Shown piece after piece: positions 35,791 through 47,280 of a stretch of 64,000 nt of DNA (positions are counted from its first letter, which is position 1; each line of letters starts with the position of its first letter). Both the position numbers and the translations under genes were made by a program. The DNA comes from Marsupella aquatica (Eukaryota; Plantae; Marchantiophyta). The notes below the pieces were generated by a model. That model did not search any database and had not been told where the DNA came from. It saw only the letters and a list, made by a program, of their open reading frames with translations. The stretch is taken from positions 23,574,133 through 23,638,132 of the forward strand of contig OZ316892.1 in NCBI GenBank assembly GCA_973895155.1, written 5' to 3'.

Positions 35791-36132
35791 GCAGAGCAGC
35801 GCCGGTTACAATCATCTGTGACACCTCCACATGGATGCTCTTCCTCTCTTGAGTCCTTAGCGTTCAGAGCAGGGGGCGATAGTGCCACAGATCGTCATCC
35901 CTGGACTTCATGGGGAGTTAGTGGAGAGGTCAGTGGGCTTTCTTTTTTGCAGCAGCATGGTATTGCTGCTCGTGAGGTTGCAGCATAGCAACCACAGTTG
36001 GCGCTCTCTGCACCTTCTGCCAAGGTTACCATTGACAGTTGGGAGCCAACTATTGGCCCCAAGATTACTGGAGGTGAGAGACAATGTGTACGATAGTTTC
36101 TACGGAGTTATGGAAGTTGTTTTGCTTTCAGC

Positions 36133-38489
36133 ATGCAGGATTTGGGCATGTTAAAGGGACCAGGCATCCGGATAGATTTGGCAGTTGATGCGCCCATCTT
36201 TCGGAGACCATATCGATATTCAGATATGGAGAGGGCACTGATTCAGGCAAGGTGCCAGGATTTGTTGGCAGCACGACTTGTGGAGAAGTCATTTGGTGAG
36301 TATGCTTCTGCTACTGTGATGCGAGCAAAGAAGGATATGCATGGCAATTGGACTGACAGGAGGATGTGTGGAGACTATCATCCAATTAATCAGCAGACTA
36401 AGTCTGATAGGTATGCCATGCCCACACCGGAGGAAATATTTGATGCCATTGGGCATGCGAGAGTGTTTAGCATATTGGATCTCAGGGCTGGATATCACCA
36501 ACTACCTATCAGGATTGGTGACAGGCAGAAGACAGCATTCTGGGGGATTGATGCTCATGGGAAGGATGTGTTGTATCAGTGGCTATTCTTACCGTTTGGA
36601 TTGAAGAATGCGTCAGCTAAATTTTGGAGGGTCATGGATCGGATTTTGGCAGACCTGGATTTTGCCAAATGTTATATAGATGACATTATTGTCTACAGTG
36701 ACACTGTGGAGGAGCATGCTATATATTTGCAGCAGTTGTTTGAGCGGCTGAGAGAACATGGATTGAAGCTGCATCCTGGCAAATGTAAGTTCTTCCATGA
36801 CCAGATTGCATATTTAGGGCATACCATTTATCCAGGTGGATTGGGTGTGCAGCAGAGAAAGGTGGAGGCAATTGCTGGCATCCCTCAGCCTACAGATGTG
36901 AGTAGAGTCCGAGCATTTTTGGGGCTTGCAAACTTCTACCGAAGATATGTGAAAGGATTCAGTGCAATTGCAAAATCTTTGACGTTACTTACGAGACTGG
37001 ACCATGAGTGGCAGTGGGGTGATGATCAAGATAGAGCTTTCCATCAGTTGAAGGAGAAGCTCACATCAGCGCCCATCTTGAGGAGACCTATCAGGGGGCA
37101 TCCATTTAGATTGCATACTGATTGGAGCATGCTGGGACTTGGGGCAGTGCTCACTCAGCAGGATGATGAGGGAAGGGAGTTTGTGGTAGCATATGCCAGT
37201 CGATCGAATAACACTACAGAATCAAAGTATGGCTCCTATGAGGGAGAATGCTTGGCTGCAGTGTGGGCAGTGGCTCATTTTCGATGTTACTTGTTGGGTA
37301 ACCCCTTCACTCTTGTTACGGATCATCAACCACTCAAATGGTTGATGGAGTCAGACAGCTTACTGGTAAGCTTGCTCGTTGGGCACTCATACTTCAGTAG
37401 TATGATTTTGAGGTCTTGCATATCCCTGCCCGAGCCAGAGGGATTTGACAGGAGCACGTTGGCATGATTAGGCAGACGAGGAGATGGTGCCAGGTTGGCA
37501 TGCTTCTGCTTATTTGTGCTTGTTGCAGAGTGTGGATGGTCTTGGGGCGGTGATATCATTGGAGAGGCCCAATGCAGACTTTGTGGATCCAGAGATTTCT
37601 AGTGAGGAGTCTGTTGGACATGATATTCATGATGATGCAGATGTTGTGATGTATCTGCGCACGGGCAGCATGCCAGGCATGGTAACTGCCAAGGAGAGAG
37701 ATCGCATCCTACAATGAGCTAAGAGGTTTAGATGGGAAGGATCTCACTTGTTGAGAGTGTGGGATGATGGCAGGGCGCGATTGGTACCAGTCCTCCTTTA
37801 TCCCAGCGTGCACGATTGGTGCGACATGCTCATGAAGAGCTTGGACATTTTGGAGTGAAGCGGACCTACAGCTTACTCCAGACCCAGTATTGGTGGTGTG
37901 GGATGCATGCTGAGGTGCAGCAGTTTGTGACGTGATGCACTGTGTGTGACAGAGTGAGAGCATCATTTAATGCTCCTACCCCGCAACTGCATCCCTTGCC
38001 GATTATGGGCTTGGGATATCATTGGAGTTTAGATTTTGCTGGACCCTTACCACTGACTAGACGTCACAATCGTTATGCCTTAGTGATGGTGGAGCACTTT
38101 TCTTATGCCTTTCTGGACCGTGTATTGAGCCATTTTGGTGCTCCTGCTGAGGTTTTGACTGACCAGGGGAATGAGTTTCGTGGAGATTTTCAAGCCCTAT
38201 GTGATCAAGCATTTATTGATCACCGTACGACATCTAGGGATCATCCACAGGCAGATGGATTGGCAGAGAGAGTTGTCCAGACAGTAAAGAGAGGATTGCG
38301 GAAGTATGGCTTGCATAAGGGTCACGTGAATGATTGGGATATCCAGCTACCATGGTTAGCGATGGGAGTAGGTAAGCATCTCTTGCATCCTTTTCACCAT
38401 ATTTGTTGCTCTATGGTAGGGACCCAATGTTGCCAGCAGCCATTCAAAGGGAGGTTGTTGAGGTGTTGCAGTTGGATGACCCTGACATG
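36133..38489 (+). pseudogene. RT, RNase H and integrase (zinc finger and DDE core) of the DNMT element, disrupted and cut by Copia-B
   Basis: LDLRAGYHQ, LPFGLKNA, YIDD (36673-36684), TDWS, YEGE, TDHQPL, HEELGH, SLDFAGP, TDQG and ADGLAER. Confidence 0.9.
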
Positions 38490-41400
38490 TGTTAAGGATT
38501 GCTCTTAGTCTTGTGACTCAAAGGTTACGGCACTTAGGCTAACCACAGTTAGGGTCTTAGCTGAGGTTAGGTTAGTCGTGTGTGACCTTGTATATACCAG
38601 GGCTAGTGTAAGCCGCTGGTGAGTGGTGCTTACTGATTGTAACGGAGCAACTTGAGGAAGAGGGAGAGCATGTGTGTTTGTTTACTCTTGAAGTAAAGCT
38701 TGAGTGTTCGTGTGGACGTAGCCTTGGAGAAGAGATGAACCACGTAGGATTGTGTCGACTACGTGTGCTTGGAATAAGTCATGGTTGTATGGTCGTTGCA
38801 AATGACGTCTTAGTTCAACAATTGGTATCAGAGCAAGCCTGGGAGGTGACGTTGAGGTGATCAAAATTTTTGTGACATGTTGGTGACGGTTTTTCTAGCG
38901 GTTAGAGTTGGTGGATTTCATGGAGTTCTATCGCATGGAACTTGGAGGTGTTGGGCTCAACGGATAGATCGGGGCAAGGGTTTTCCGACGATGCAAAGAA
39001 ATCTCTGAACGGAGTTTGTGGTGCGGAGGAATTCATGTTTCCGTCGTTCTGGATTTTTTGTGATTCGTGTTCGATGGTTTTCTTCGATGGTTCTTTTGGG
39101 GGGGAGCTGAGATCATTTTCTCGACGGTGTGAGCTTTGTGGTGCGCGAGGTATTACAACCTTTAGCTCAATTCGTAGATCAGGCAAAGCTGATCATTTCG
39201 GTAGCTGGTTTGCTATCGAGGGTGTAGTGAGTGCGATGTACCAAGCAAAAGAGCCGTTCTGAGTTTCTGACTAGCTATGGAGTCTTCTTTTGACTGAAGC
39301 GGGGTTACTTGTCGTTGCGTTCGACTCAGAGGAAGAAACGGGAAGTGCAACGGCTCAACGGAGAGATCGCGGTGTAGTGGTCATTTTGAGTCCAAGATTG
39401 ACACTTGACGCGGAGTGAAGGAGTCATGACGGGAATTTTTTACTCTGCTAGAGTTGCAAATGGTGCCGGTGCAATTCGGTAACATTTCCCATCGACAACT
39501 AGTCTTTATCTGGTGTAAAGTGATAACGGCAGTGTGAGTAACCCAACAAATTTATTTTTTGTGCATATTTTGCCTTAGAATAGGGCCTTTTTTTGTGGTG
39601 TGTATACACACCCTCCCGACCCTTGCACCCCTGTCAATACCTCGTCAGCGACCCCCTCCTCCTCCTCGCTAATACTCCCATCGCGGACGACCCGAACATT
39701 GCGGCCGGCGTGGACGTCGCAGCCGGCATGAACGTCCCAGACGTCCCGACCGTCGCGGCCGTCCCGGATGTCCCAAAAGTCCCGGCTGTCGTAGCTCCAT
39801 CCATGCCCATTCCGACTCGGTTTTTTACTCCCCGGCCCCTGGTGCACTGCCTGCGCCTTTTTTTTAAGACAGTATTTTTATGTTAAGGGGCTTAAATCCC
39901 CTTAGGCCCGGTTTTTTAATCCTTTCCAGGCTCCTCATTGGTTAAGCGGCATCCCGGGCCGGATGACCCACTAAATTAACCGTTTGGACAGGGGGAACGC
40001 CCCCCTGTGAGACCTGTTGCACAGTCCAAGGAATATTCCAAAAAAATAGAGAGATGTTTTTCGGGCTTTAGTCGAAGATTCCAAGGTCCGAACGGTAACT
40101 TTTTTTGGATCTTTTTTGGCGAGAACGTAGCCACTAAAGCTAGCAACGTGGTGCACCACTTGATTTGAATTTCCGACGACGGGTGGTACTTGGAATTTTT
40201 CTTATTCCCCAAGGTGGTCAAAACGGGGAAGAATTTTTGAGTTTTACCCACCCCGACCGAAACGTGAAAAAGTTTTTCGTCGAAACTCGATTTCAATTTT
40301 GAATTTCAGTGTTGGCTTGCTAGGTTGGTGGGCTAAGTGGCGGTGACAAGTTTCAAGTTTTTTGGAAAATTGCAAAAAACGGCATTTTTTCGTGATTTGG
40401 ATTTGAGTCAACGAGAAGGAAGGAAGGAAAAAGCATATAGGGAGCAGCACAGCAATAGCACGTGGAGAACGTTGGGAGGACAACGATGGCATCCAAGTTT
40501 GGAGGTGTCAAGTTTAAAATGGAAAAATATGATGGGCGCACAGATTATTTGCTATGGGAGAAGCAGGTTAAGGGAATTCTTCGTGCTATGGGCCTAGATC
40601 ATCTGCTATCGACTCGGGAGGAGTCTAGCAGTGAGGAGGAGATCTCGTTGAGGAAATGGAGGCAAGAGCAAGTGATTGTTGTGAATGCGGTTATGGTGTA
40701 TCTGAAGCCACATATCATTAAGAAGCTGGACGACTACGAGGATTGCGTATCCTTATTCAAGGCCCTTAGAGAGAAGTACTACCGAGAGGATACCTCAGAT
40801 TGGTTGTACAAGAAGTCTCTCTTGATGAGCTTGAGGCTAAAAAAAGGAGGCAAGCTTCGAGATCACTTGGATGAATTCGACAGCCTAGTTGTAGATTTGT
40901 CAAATCTTGGCAAGGGAGTGGAAGATGAAGATAAGGCATTGCTTCTTCTCAGTTCCTTACCCCCATCGTATCAAGGTTTGAAGCAGGTTCTCTTGTATAG
41001 AGATCTCAAAATCATTTCATATAATGAGGTGGTAAGCTCTTTGTTGTCAGATGATGCACAGAAGAAACTGGGTCATGCCCAGACACCATCTTCATCTGGC
41101 AGTGCATTGAATGTGAACCGCGGGAGGACTCAACAGCGGATGACTGGTGAAAACAGGTCCTTTTCACAAACATACCCCTCACGGAATAGAGGCAAGGAGA
41201 AATCTCTAGAAAAGAAACCAATTACATGTTGGAAATGTAACAAGCCTGGCCACATGAAACGAGACTGTCGAGTCAAGCAGACTCATCAACCATCAGCGAA
41301 CGCAGCCACTGATGTTGATTTTATTGACTTGCTTGATGATGAAATCTTGTGAAGTCCAGATGTTGCCCTTTGCATTTCATCTAGTAACAACGGTGATCGG

Positions 41401-44400
41401 TGATAAATGGATTTTAGATTGTGCCTGTACCTATCACATTTGTTGTATGAAAGAGTTTTTTACTTCTTACTCAGTATCAACCGGTTCCATGTTGATGGGG
41501 AATGATCATCCTTGTCAAATTATTAGAATTGGATCCGTGAAAATTTGGATGTTTGATGGAGCTGTGCGAACAGTGAGTAATGTCAGACACATATCTGACA
41601 TGAAAAAGAATTTGATTTCTCTTGGAATGCTGGAAGCAAATGGATGTCGGTGGAGTTCTGCTGATGGTATTCTTCAAGTGTCAACCAGAGGCAAGGTTGT
41701 CATGAAGGGTAAGCGGCATAGGAATCTATATTTGTTGGAGGGCAACGTGATTTGTGAAGAAGTCAATGTAACTAGATCTCAAGGCGAGATGACTCAGTTA
41801 TGGCACTACAGATTAGGACACATGAGTGAAAAGGGTTTGGCGGTACTTCGCAGGAAAGGACTTCTTTCTAATTTGGAATCTACTAAGCTAGATTTTTGTG
41901 AACACTGTATGCTTGGGAAGCAGCACAGGAGAACCTTTGGTGTTGGAACTCACAATACCAAAGCTATACTTGAGTATGTATATAGTGATGTGTGGGGTCC
42001 AGCCCCAACTCTCTCACTTTTTGGAAAATTGTACTATGTCACGTTCATTGATGATTACTCACAGTATGTGTGGATCACATTTCTACATGCCAAGTCTGAA
42101 GTTTTTGGCACTTTTAAGAAGTGGAAAGCCCAAATTGAGAATCAGACTGGATCCAAGGTGAGATATCTGTGATCAGATAACAGCGGGGAGTACAGTTCAA
42201 GTGAGTTTGAACTATATTGTGCAGAGCAAGGGATTACTCGTCATCTCACGACAGTTTATACTCCTCAACAGAATGGTGTTTGTGAGCGGCTAAACCGAAC
42301 ACTATTGGAGCGATCGAGGAGTATGTTGAGCCAATCAGGTTTACCGCATGAATTTTGGGCTGAAGCTATAAATACGATAGCTTATTTGGTAAATCTTTCT
42401 CCTTCAAGTGCAATCAGTTTCAAGACGCCGTTTGAAATGAGGTATGGACGGCACGCAGACTATCAGGTTTTGAGAGTCTTTGGAAGTGATGCATATGCTC
42501 TCACACCTAAGCAAAATCGATCTAAACTAGATTCTACTTCCAAGAAGTGTCTTTTTCTTGGTTATCAACCAGGTGTGAAAGGTTACAGGCTATGGGATCC
42601 AGAAGCTTGTACGTTGCTTGTCAATAGAGATGTATCCTTTAATGAATCCAGATCATCAAAGGAGGGGGAGAATGCTCAGGCTTCCCATACTGACAAAGGT
42701 AAATCTCCTATCCTGGACCATGTTGTGGGGGAGATTGGTCATGAGAGTTTTCATGACATAAATGAAGGAGGTGCTCCGAGAATGGAGCTGGTTCCGGTAT
42801 TGGAACAAGAGGAGCAAGTTGTTGGAATACCTCAAATTCAACCAACAGAACAAGATCAACCAGAATCATCAGCTAGAAAATCAAGACATACTACTCGAGC
42901 TCCTACAAGGTATGGACAATCGACAGATTCATCAAGGTTAGATGATGTTGACATTGCACCTGAAGATGATGACAGAGCACTGATCTTGGAAGAAGGAGAA
43001 CCTTCTTCTTATCATGAGGCGTGCATTTCAGACGAGAAAGATGAATGGAATGCAGCGATGCAGAGGAAGTTGCAATCTTTAAGTGACAACAGAACATGGG
43101 AGCTGATGCAACTGCCAAGTGATCAACAAGTGGTGGATAGCAAGTGGATTTACAAGCTGAAGGACAACTCTTCAGATGGAGGAGACAAGATATACAAGGC
43201 AAGGCTTGTTGCCAAGGGATTCACTCAAGAGAAGGGAGTGGATTACAATAAGGTCTTCTCTCCAGTTGCCAAGTATTCCACGATATAAATTTTGTGTCAA
43301 CTTATTGTGTTTTTTGATCTGGTGTTAGATCAAATGGATGTTGTTACTGCTTTTCTCTATGGCACCTTGGAAGAACAAATTTTCATGAGGCAACCACTGG
43401 GCTTTGTGAAAAAGGGCCAAGAGAGTTTAGTTTGTAGGTTGCTTAAGTCCTTGTATGGATTGAAGCAAGCTCCTCGATAGTGGAACAAGCGGTTTGATGA
43501 TTTCATGCTTGCACAAGGATTCACTAGGATGGTGTATGACCCTTGTGTGTATACGAAATCAGTCAAGAATTGTGTGTTTGGTTTGCTCATTCTGGTGCTC
43601 TATGTGGATGACATGTTGATTGCGGCTAAGGATCAAACTGAGGTTGACAAACTCAAATTCCGAATGAAGGATCTTGGGAAAGCCAAGAGGATCTTAGGTA
43701 TGGAGATTACGAGGAACTTTGAACTGGACAATTGTGGCTGAATCAAGGCAAGTATGCTGAAAAGGTACTTGCAAGATTTAACATGAAAAATTGTAAGCCA
43801 GTAAGTATTCCTTTGGCTCCATATTTCAAGTTATCATCGGCTTTCTGCCCCACGGATCCAGTGGAGAGAGGCTTGATGACTAAGGTTCCTTATGAGAAGG
43901 CAGTGGGCAGTCTAATGTATTTGATGACATGTACCAGGCCTGATCTAGCCCTAGCAATGGGCAAAGTGAGTAGATTCATGTCAAATCCAGGGAAGGTATA
44001 TTGGGAGGCTGTGAAATGGATTCTCAGGTATCTTAAGGGCACAATAGACTATGGTCTGTTGTTTGATAGTAAATCAAACAAAACCAAATCTTTGGTTTGC
44101 TATGTAGATTCTGACTACGGAGGCTGTCTGGAAACAAGGAGGTCAACGACTGGGTATGTGTTTACTCTTGGAGGAGGATGCATAAGTTGGAGATCTACCT
44201 TGCAGAAGTGTGTATCTCAATCTACTACAGAAGCAAAATATGTTGTAGCAGCAGAAGCAGCAAAGGAAGCAATTTGGTTGGATAAGCTGGTCACTAAGAT
44301 GGGATTGGAGCATGGAAAAATGGCTCTTCATTGTGACAGCCAGAGTGCGCTTCACCTAGCTATTAACCAGGTGATGGATAGCAAGGTGAAGCACATTGAC

Positions 44401-45101
44401 ATCAGGTACCATTTTATTAGGCAAGCAATGTCTGATAAAATGTTTGGGCTAGTCAAGATTGATGGAAAACTCAACCCGGCTGATGCTTTTACCAAAGTGA
44501 TTCCTTTGGAGAGTTACTCAAGACACCGTGCTACTTTGCAGGTTTTGCATTTGCAGCACAAGTAGAGTAACTTAACAAGATGTGATTTCTGTATATGAGT
44601 TACTCAATCCTGTTATGGCTACGGCTTAATTCTAGTTAACTCTTAGTTAACCTTAAATGGTTTTTAGGAGGACACCTATGGTTTTAGGTGATTGTCTAGA
44701 ATTTCCCGCTGAGTATCTCATATGGATAGCAGAAATTGCAGTCCCCAAGACTAGAGTCAAGGGGGAGTTTGTTAAGGATTGTTCTTAGTCTTGTGACTCA
44801 AAGGTTACGGCACTCAGGCTAACCACAGTTAGGGTCTTAGCTGAGGTTAGGTTAGTCGTGTGTGACCTTGTATATACCAGGGCTAGTGTAAGCCGCTGGT
44901 GAGTGGTGCTTATTGATTGTAACGGAGCAACTTGAGGAAGAGGGAGAGCATGTGTGTTCGTTTACTCTTGAAGTAAAGCTTGAGTGTTAGTGTGGACGTA
45001 GCCTTGGAGAAGAGGTGAACCACGTAGAGATTGTGTCGACTACGTGTGCTTGGAATAAGTCATGGTTGTATGGTCGTTGCGAATGACGTCTTAGTTCAAC
45101 A
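38490..45101 (+). mobile_element. Ty1/Copia LTR retrotransposon (Copia-B, 6.6 kb) inserted in the DNMT element's integrase
   Basis: LTRs 38490-38820 and 44770-45101 (~8 differences). TSD ACATG (38485-38489 / 45102-45106). PBS tggtatcagagc at 38823-38834. PPT agggggagtt at 44760-44769. Confidence 0.95.
40486..44565 (+). pseudogene. Copia-B gag-pol, disrupted
   Basis: MASKFGGVKFKMEKYDG, CWKCNKPGHMKRDC, WILDCAC, YSDVWGP, KARLVAKG, YVDDML and KHIDIRYH. Stops and frameshifts present. Clearly the same family as Copia-A. Confidence 0.92.
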
Positions 45102-45106
45102 ACATG

Positions 45107-45625
45107 TGGATGCGAGCTTGTTCTCAACGGGCAGACTTGTTTCGGAGAGTGATGCCCATGGCATTTGAGAACTTAGCTATTGCACAGCATCGGGATACTT
45201 TGAGGTATGCCACTATTCGGGGAGGAGGATATCGCCCTAGCATCAGGCGATTTTATTCTGGAGACTATGTGTATCTGCAACAGACAGCACCTACTACTTT
45301 GGATGTCACTGCCGGACGTACTATTCTACGAGTACATAAGGTTTTGCCATCAGGCATTCTGGTTTTAGAAGGTCGTGATGGTATGGTTTGGAAGGATCAT
45401 GTGCGCAACTGTGCACCTTGTCACCTTCCAAACATTGATGATAGCATAGATCCTAGTCTAGTAGTGATACCTGCAGGCTTACGATGTATGTTGTGTGGAT
45501 CCGCTCGTGGAGCTGCAACCATGTTGATTTGTGATGGTTGCTCAAGAGGTTGGCACTTAGCGTGTTTGACGCCACCTCTTGATTCAGTCCCTAAAGGACG
45601 GTGGTTGTGTCCCAATTGTAGATAG
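45107..45625 (+). CDS. Integrase C-terminus of the DNMT element, ending in a PHD finger
   Basis: Resumes right after the Copia-B TSD. RRFYSGDYVY, then a C4HC3 PHD: CMLC...LICDGCSRGWHLACLTPPLDSVPKGRWLCPNC (45485-45619), then a stop. Confidence 0.88.
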   Translation, partial: WMRACSQRADLFRRVMPMAFENLAIAQHRDTLRYATIRGGGYRPSIRRFYSGDYVYLQQTAPTTLDVTAGRTILRVHKVLPSGILVLEGRDGMVWKDHVRNCAPCHLPNIDDSIDPSLVVIPAGLRCMLCGSARGAATMLICDGCSRGWHLACLTPPLDSVPKGRWLCPNCR

Positions 45626-45800
45626 AGAGTGGTTTTAGTTAGCACAAAACTCATTAGGCAGTATAGATTGCAGGCAGGCGATTAACGATGGGGCTCCTTT
45701 GCATCCGGCCTCTTGATCTGTGCACCCAAAAGGTGTATACTTCCTTCTAGTTTTTGGGCTAGTTATAGTTAGCGGGACCTAACCACCAGCTAGGGGGACG

Positions 45801-46392
45801 GTTATGGATTTTGGCGTACATGTGTTGTGTGTCGTGTGATTATTTGTTTTCTTGTTTACATGGTGTGCCGCGATGTGAGTTGTGTATGGATGTGTGTCCG
45901 CACGACAGCTGTCACCCCATGTTGCATTTGAGTTGCAACTTTGTTGGTTGCACATGTGTTGTGAGTTTGGGAGGGTAACCTGGCATAGCAGATCACCTGG
46001 TAAGGGTGACCTCTTCACCCAGGTTACCATGCCTTTGTGCCATGGGGGTATACCTTGGAGAATGAGGGATTAGCTCCTCATTCTTCCAAGTTGAGCCTCC
46101 CGACACTAGTAGAGCTCATGTGAGTGTGGCTATCGTGAGAGAGAGAGAGTGTATGCCGGTTGGCATGTAGAGCGACATTGGCAGGGTTCTGCTATGTGTA
46201 TAGACTTGGAGTCCCGCATGGCTAGCGGGTGAGTTTGGCTCGACTTAGTGATACCTTGCAGCGGGGTCCCGTTTCACAAGAGATTGTTATGGATTTTGGC
46301 GTACATGTGTTGTGTGTCGTGTGATTATTTGTTTTCTTGTTTACATGGTGTGCCGCGATGTGAGTTGTGTATGGATGTGTGTCTGCACGACA
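45801..46392 (+). repeat. 3' repeat block B1-gc-A2-B2
   Basis: B1 45801-45907 and B2 46286-46392 (107 bp, one mismatch) flank A2 45910-46285. The B1/A2 junction is the palindrome GACAGCTGTC. Confidence 0.92.
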
Positions 46393-47039
46393 ACCTATCT
46401 GAAACCTTGCTTCTCCAGCCATGACTGGTGAGTGATTCTTTCCATGAATCTTTTTTGGTAACTGCATCATGTATTAAATTTTTTCAAGAGAACTCAAGCA
46501 CCTAAAATACTAAAGTATTGATATTGGTTTTTCTTGTACTTTTAGGGGCATTTATGGAGAAGAATGCACAATCAAGATTTGGATCAGTTCATTATGAAAA
46601 TTCTCCTCTATTTTTACTAAAATTATTAACAAGAAAACTATCTTTATGAAAATTCTCCTCTACTTTTATTAAAATTATTAACAAGAAAAATATTTTTGCT
46701 GTCAAGTATATCAAGGTCATGTTGTTGCAGTAAGGTTATGGACAATAATAACCCCTCAAAAGTCAAGATGAAGCTCTAAGTTTGGGGGAGCATTATGGCC
46801 CACAATGCCCTATAAACAGAACTGTGCTATATACTTTATGCTTCTCGTGACTGTTCATTTAGGAGGAAGAACTTTGGGCAAGATTTCTATCAAGGTAAAA
46901 AAGATTCTCTCCTGTTACCCAATTTTTTTAAATTAAAATCTCTCATCTTTCAGAACACTATGGCCCAAAATGCCCTAAATAGGATACTAATATATTTAAA
47001 AGGCTTGGCCTGTGAAGAAGGTTAACGAGGAATCAACTG

Positions 47040-47280
47040 ACTTTGGTCAGTTGGCCAGAGGATGAGCCTAGAACCGAGAGATCCAGGTTCAATCCTCCCT
47101 CCACACATAAGGGGTGTGGAGGATATGTGTGTGTGTGGGTGGAGTGTAGTGGTGGGAGTATTGATTATCTACTCAGTCCTGGTTGTCCACTTTGGGTTCT
47201 GGTTTAATCCTCTCTCCCTCCTGGTCTGGTCCTGTAGGATCCCTAGGTATTGTCCCCTTGTGGGGGCCCTACATAGAAAT
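47040..47280 (+). mobile_element. tRNA-derived SINE-like element
   Basis: Pol III A-box-like tggtcagttgg (47044-47054) and B-box ggttcaatcc (47086-47095). Two further copies in the window (1-172 and 12045-12185). Confidence 0.7.

Larger units (their letters stand above)
30507..46392 (+). mobile_element. Ty3/Gypsy-type retrotransposon with DNMT3-like methyltransferase, PHD-finger integrase and split direct repeats (~8.4 kb without nested inserts)
   Basis: Termini TGTC...GACA and 4-bp TSD ACCT (30503-30506 / 46393-46396). Repeats are A1 30507-30882, B1 45801-45907, A2 45910-46285 and B2 46286-46392. PPT-like agctagggggacg lies just before B1. Domain order is gag-PR-DNMT-RT-RH-INT-PHD. Confidence 0.9.

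Noticed and set aside
39575-39886. Antisense ORF with RDGRDGRD-like repeats
   Set aside because: Translation of a 9-bp-period GC-rich repeat in the Copia-B leader; no evidence of coding.
30507-46392. Classifying the split-repeat element as DIRS/Ngaro/PAT
   Set aside because: No tyrosine recombinase is seen. It has a protease, a DDE integrase, TG...CA ends and a TSD, and its methyltransferase is C5-cytosine type rather than the adenine type of DIRS elements.
47041-47100. Possible tRNA gene
   Set aside because: A and B boxes are present but no convincing cloverleaf, and the sequence continues into a dispersed repeat body, so it is called a SINE.
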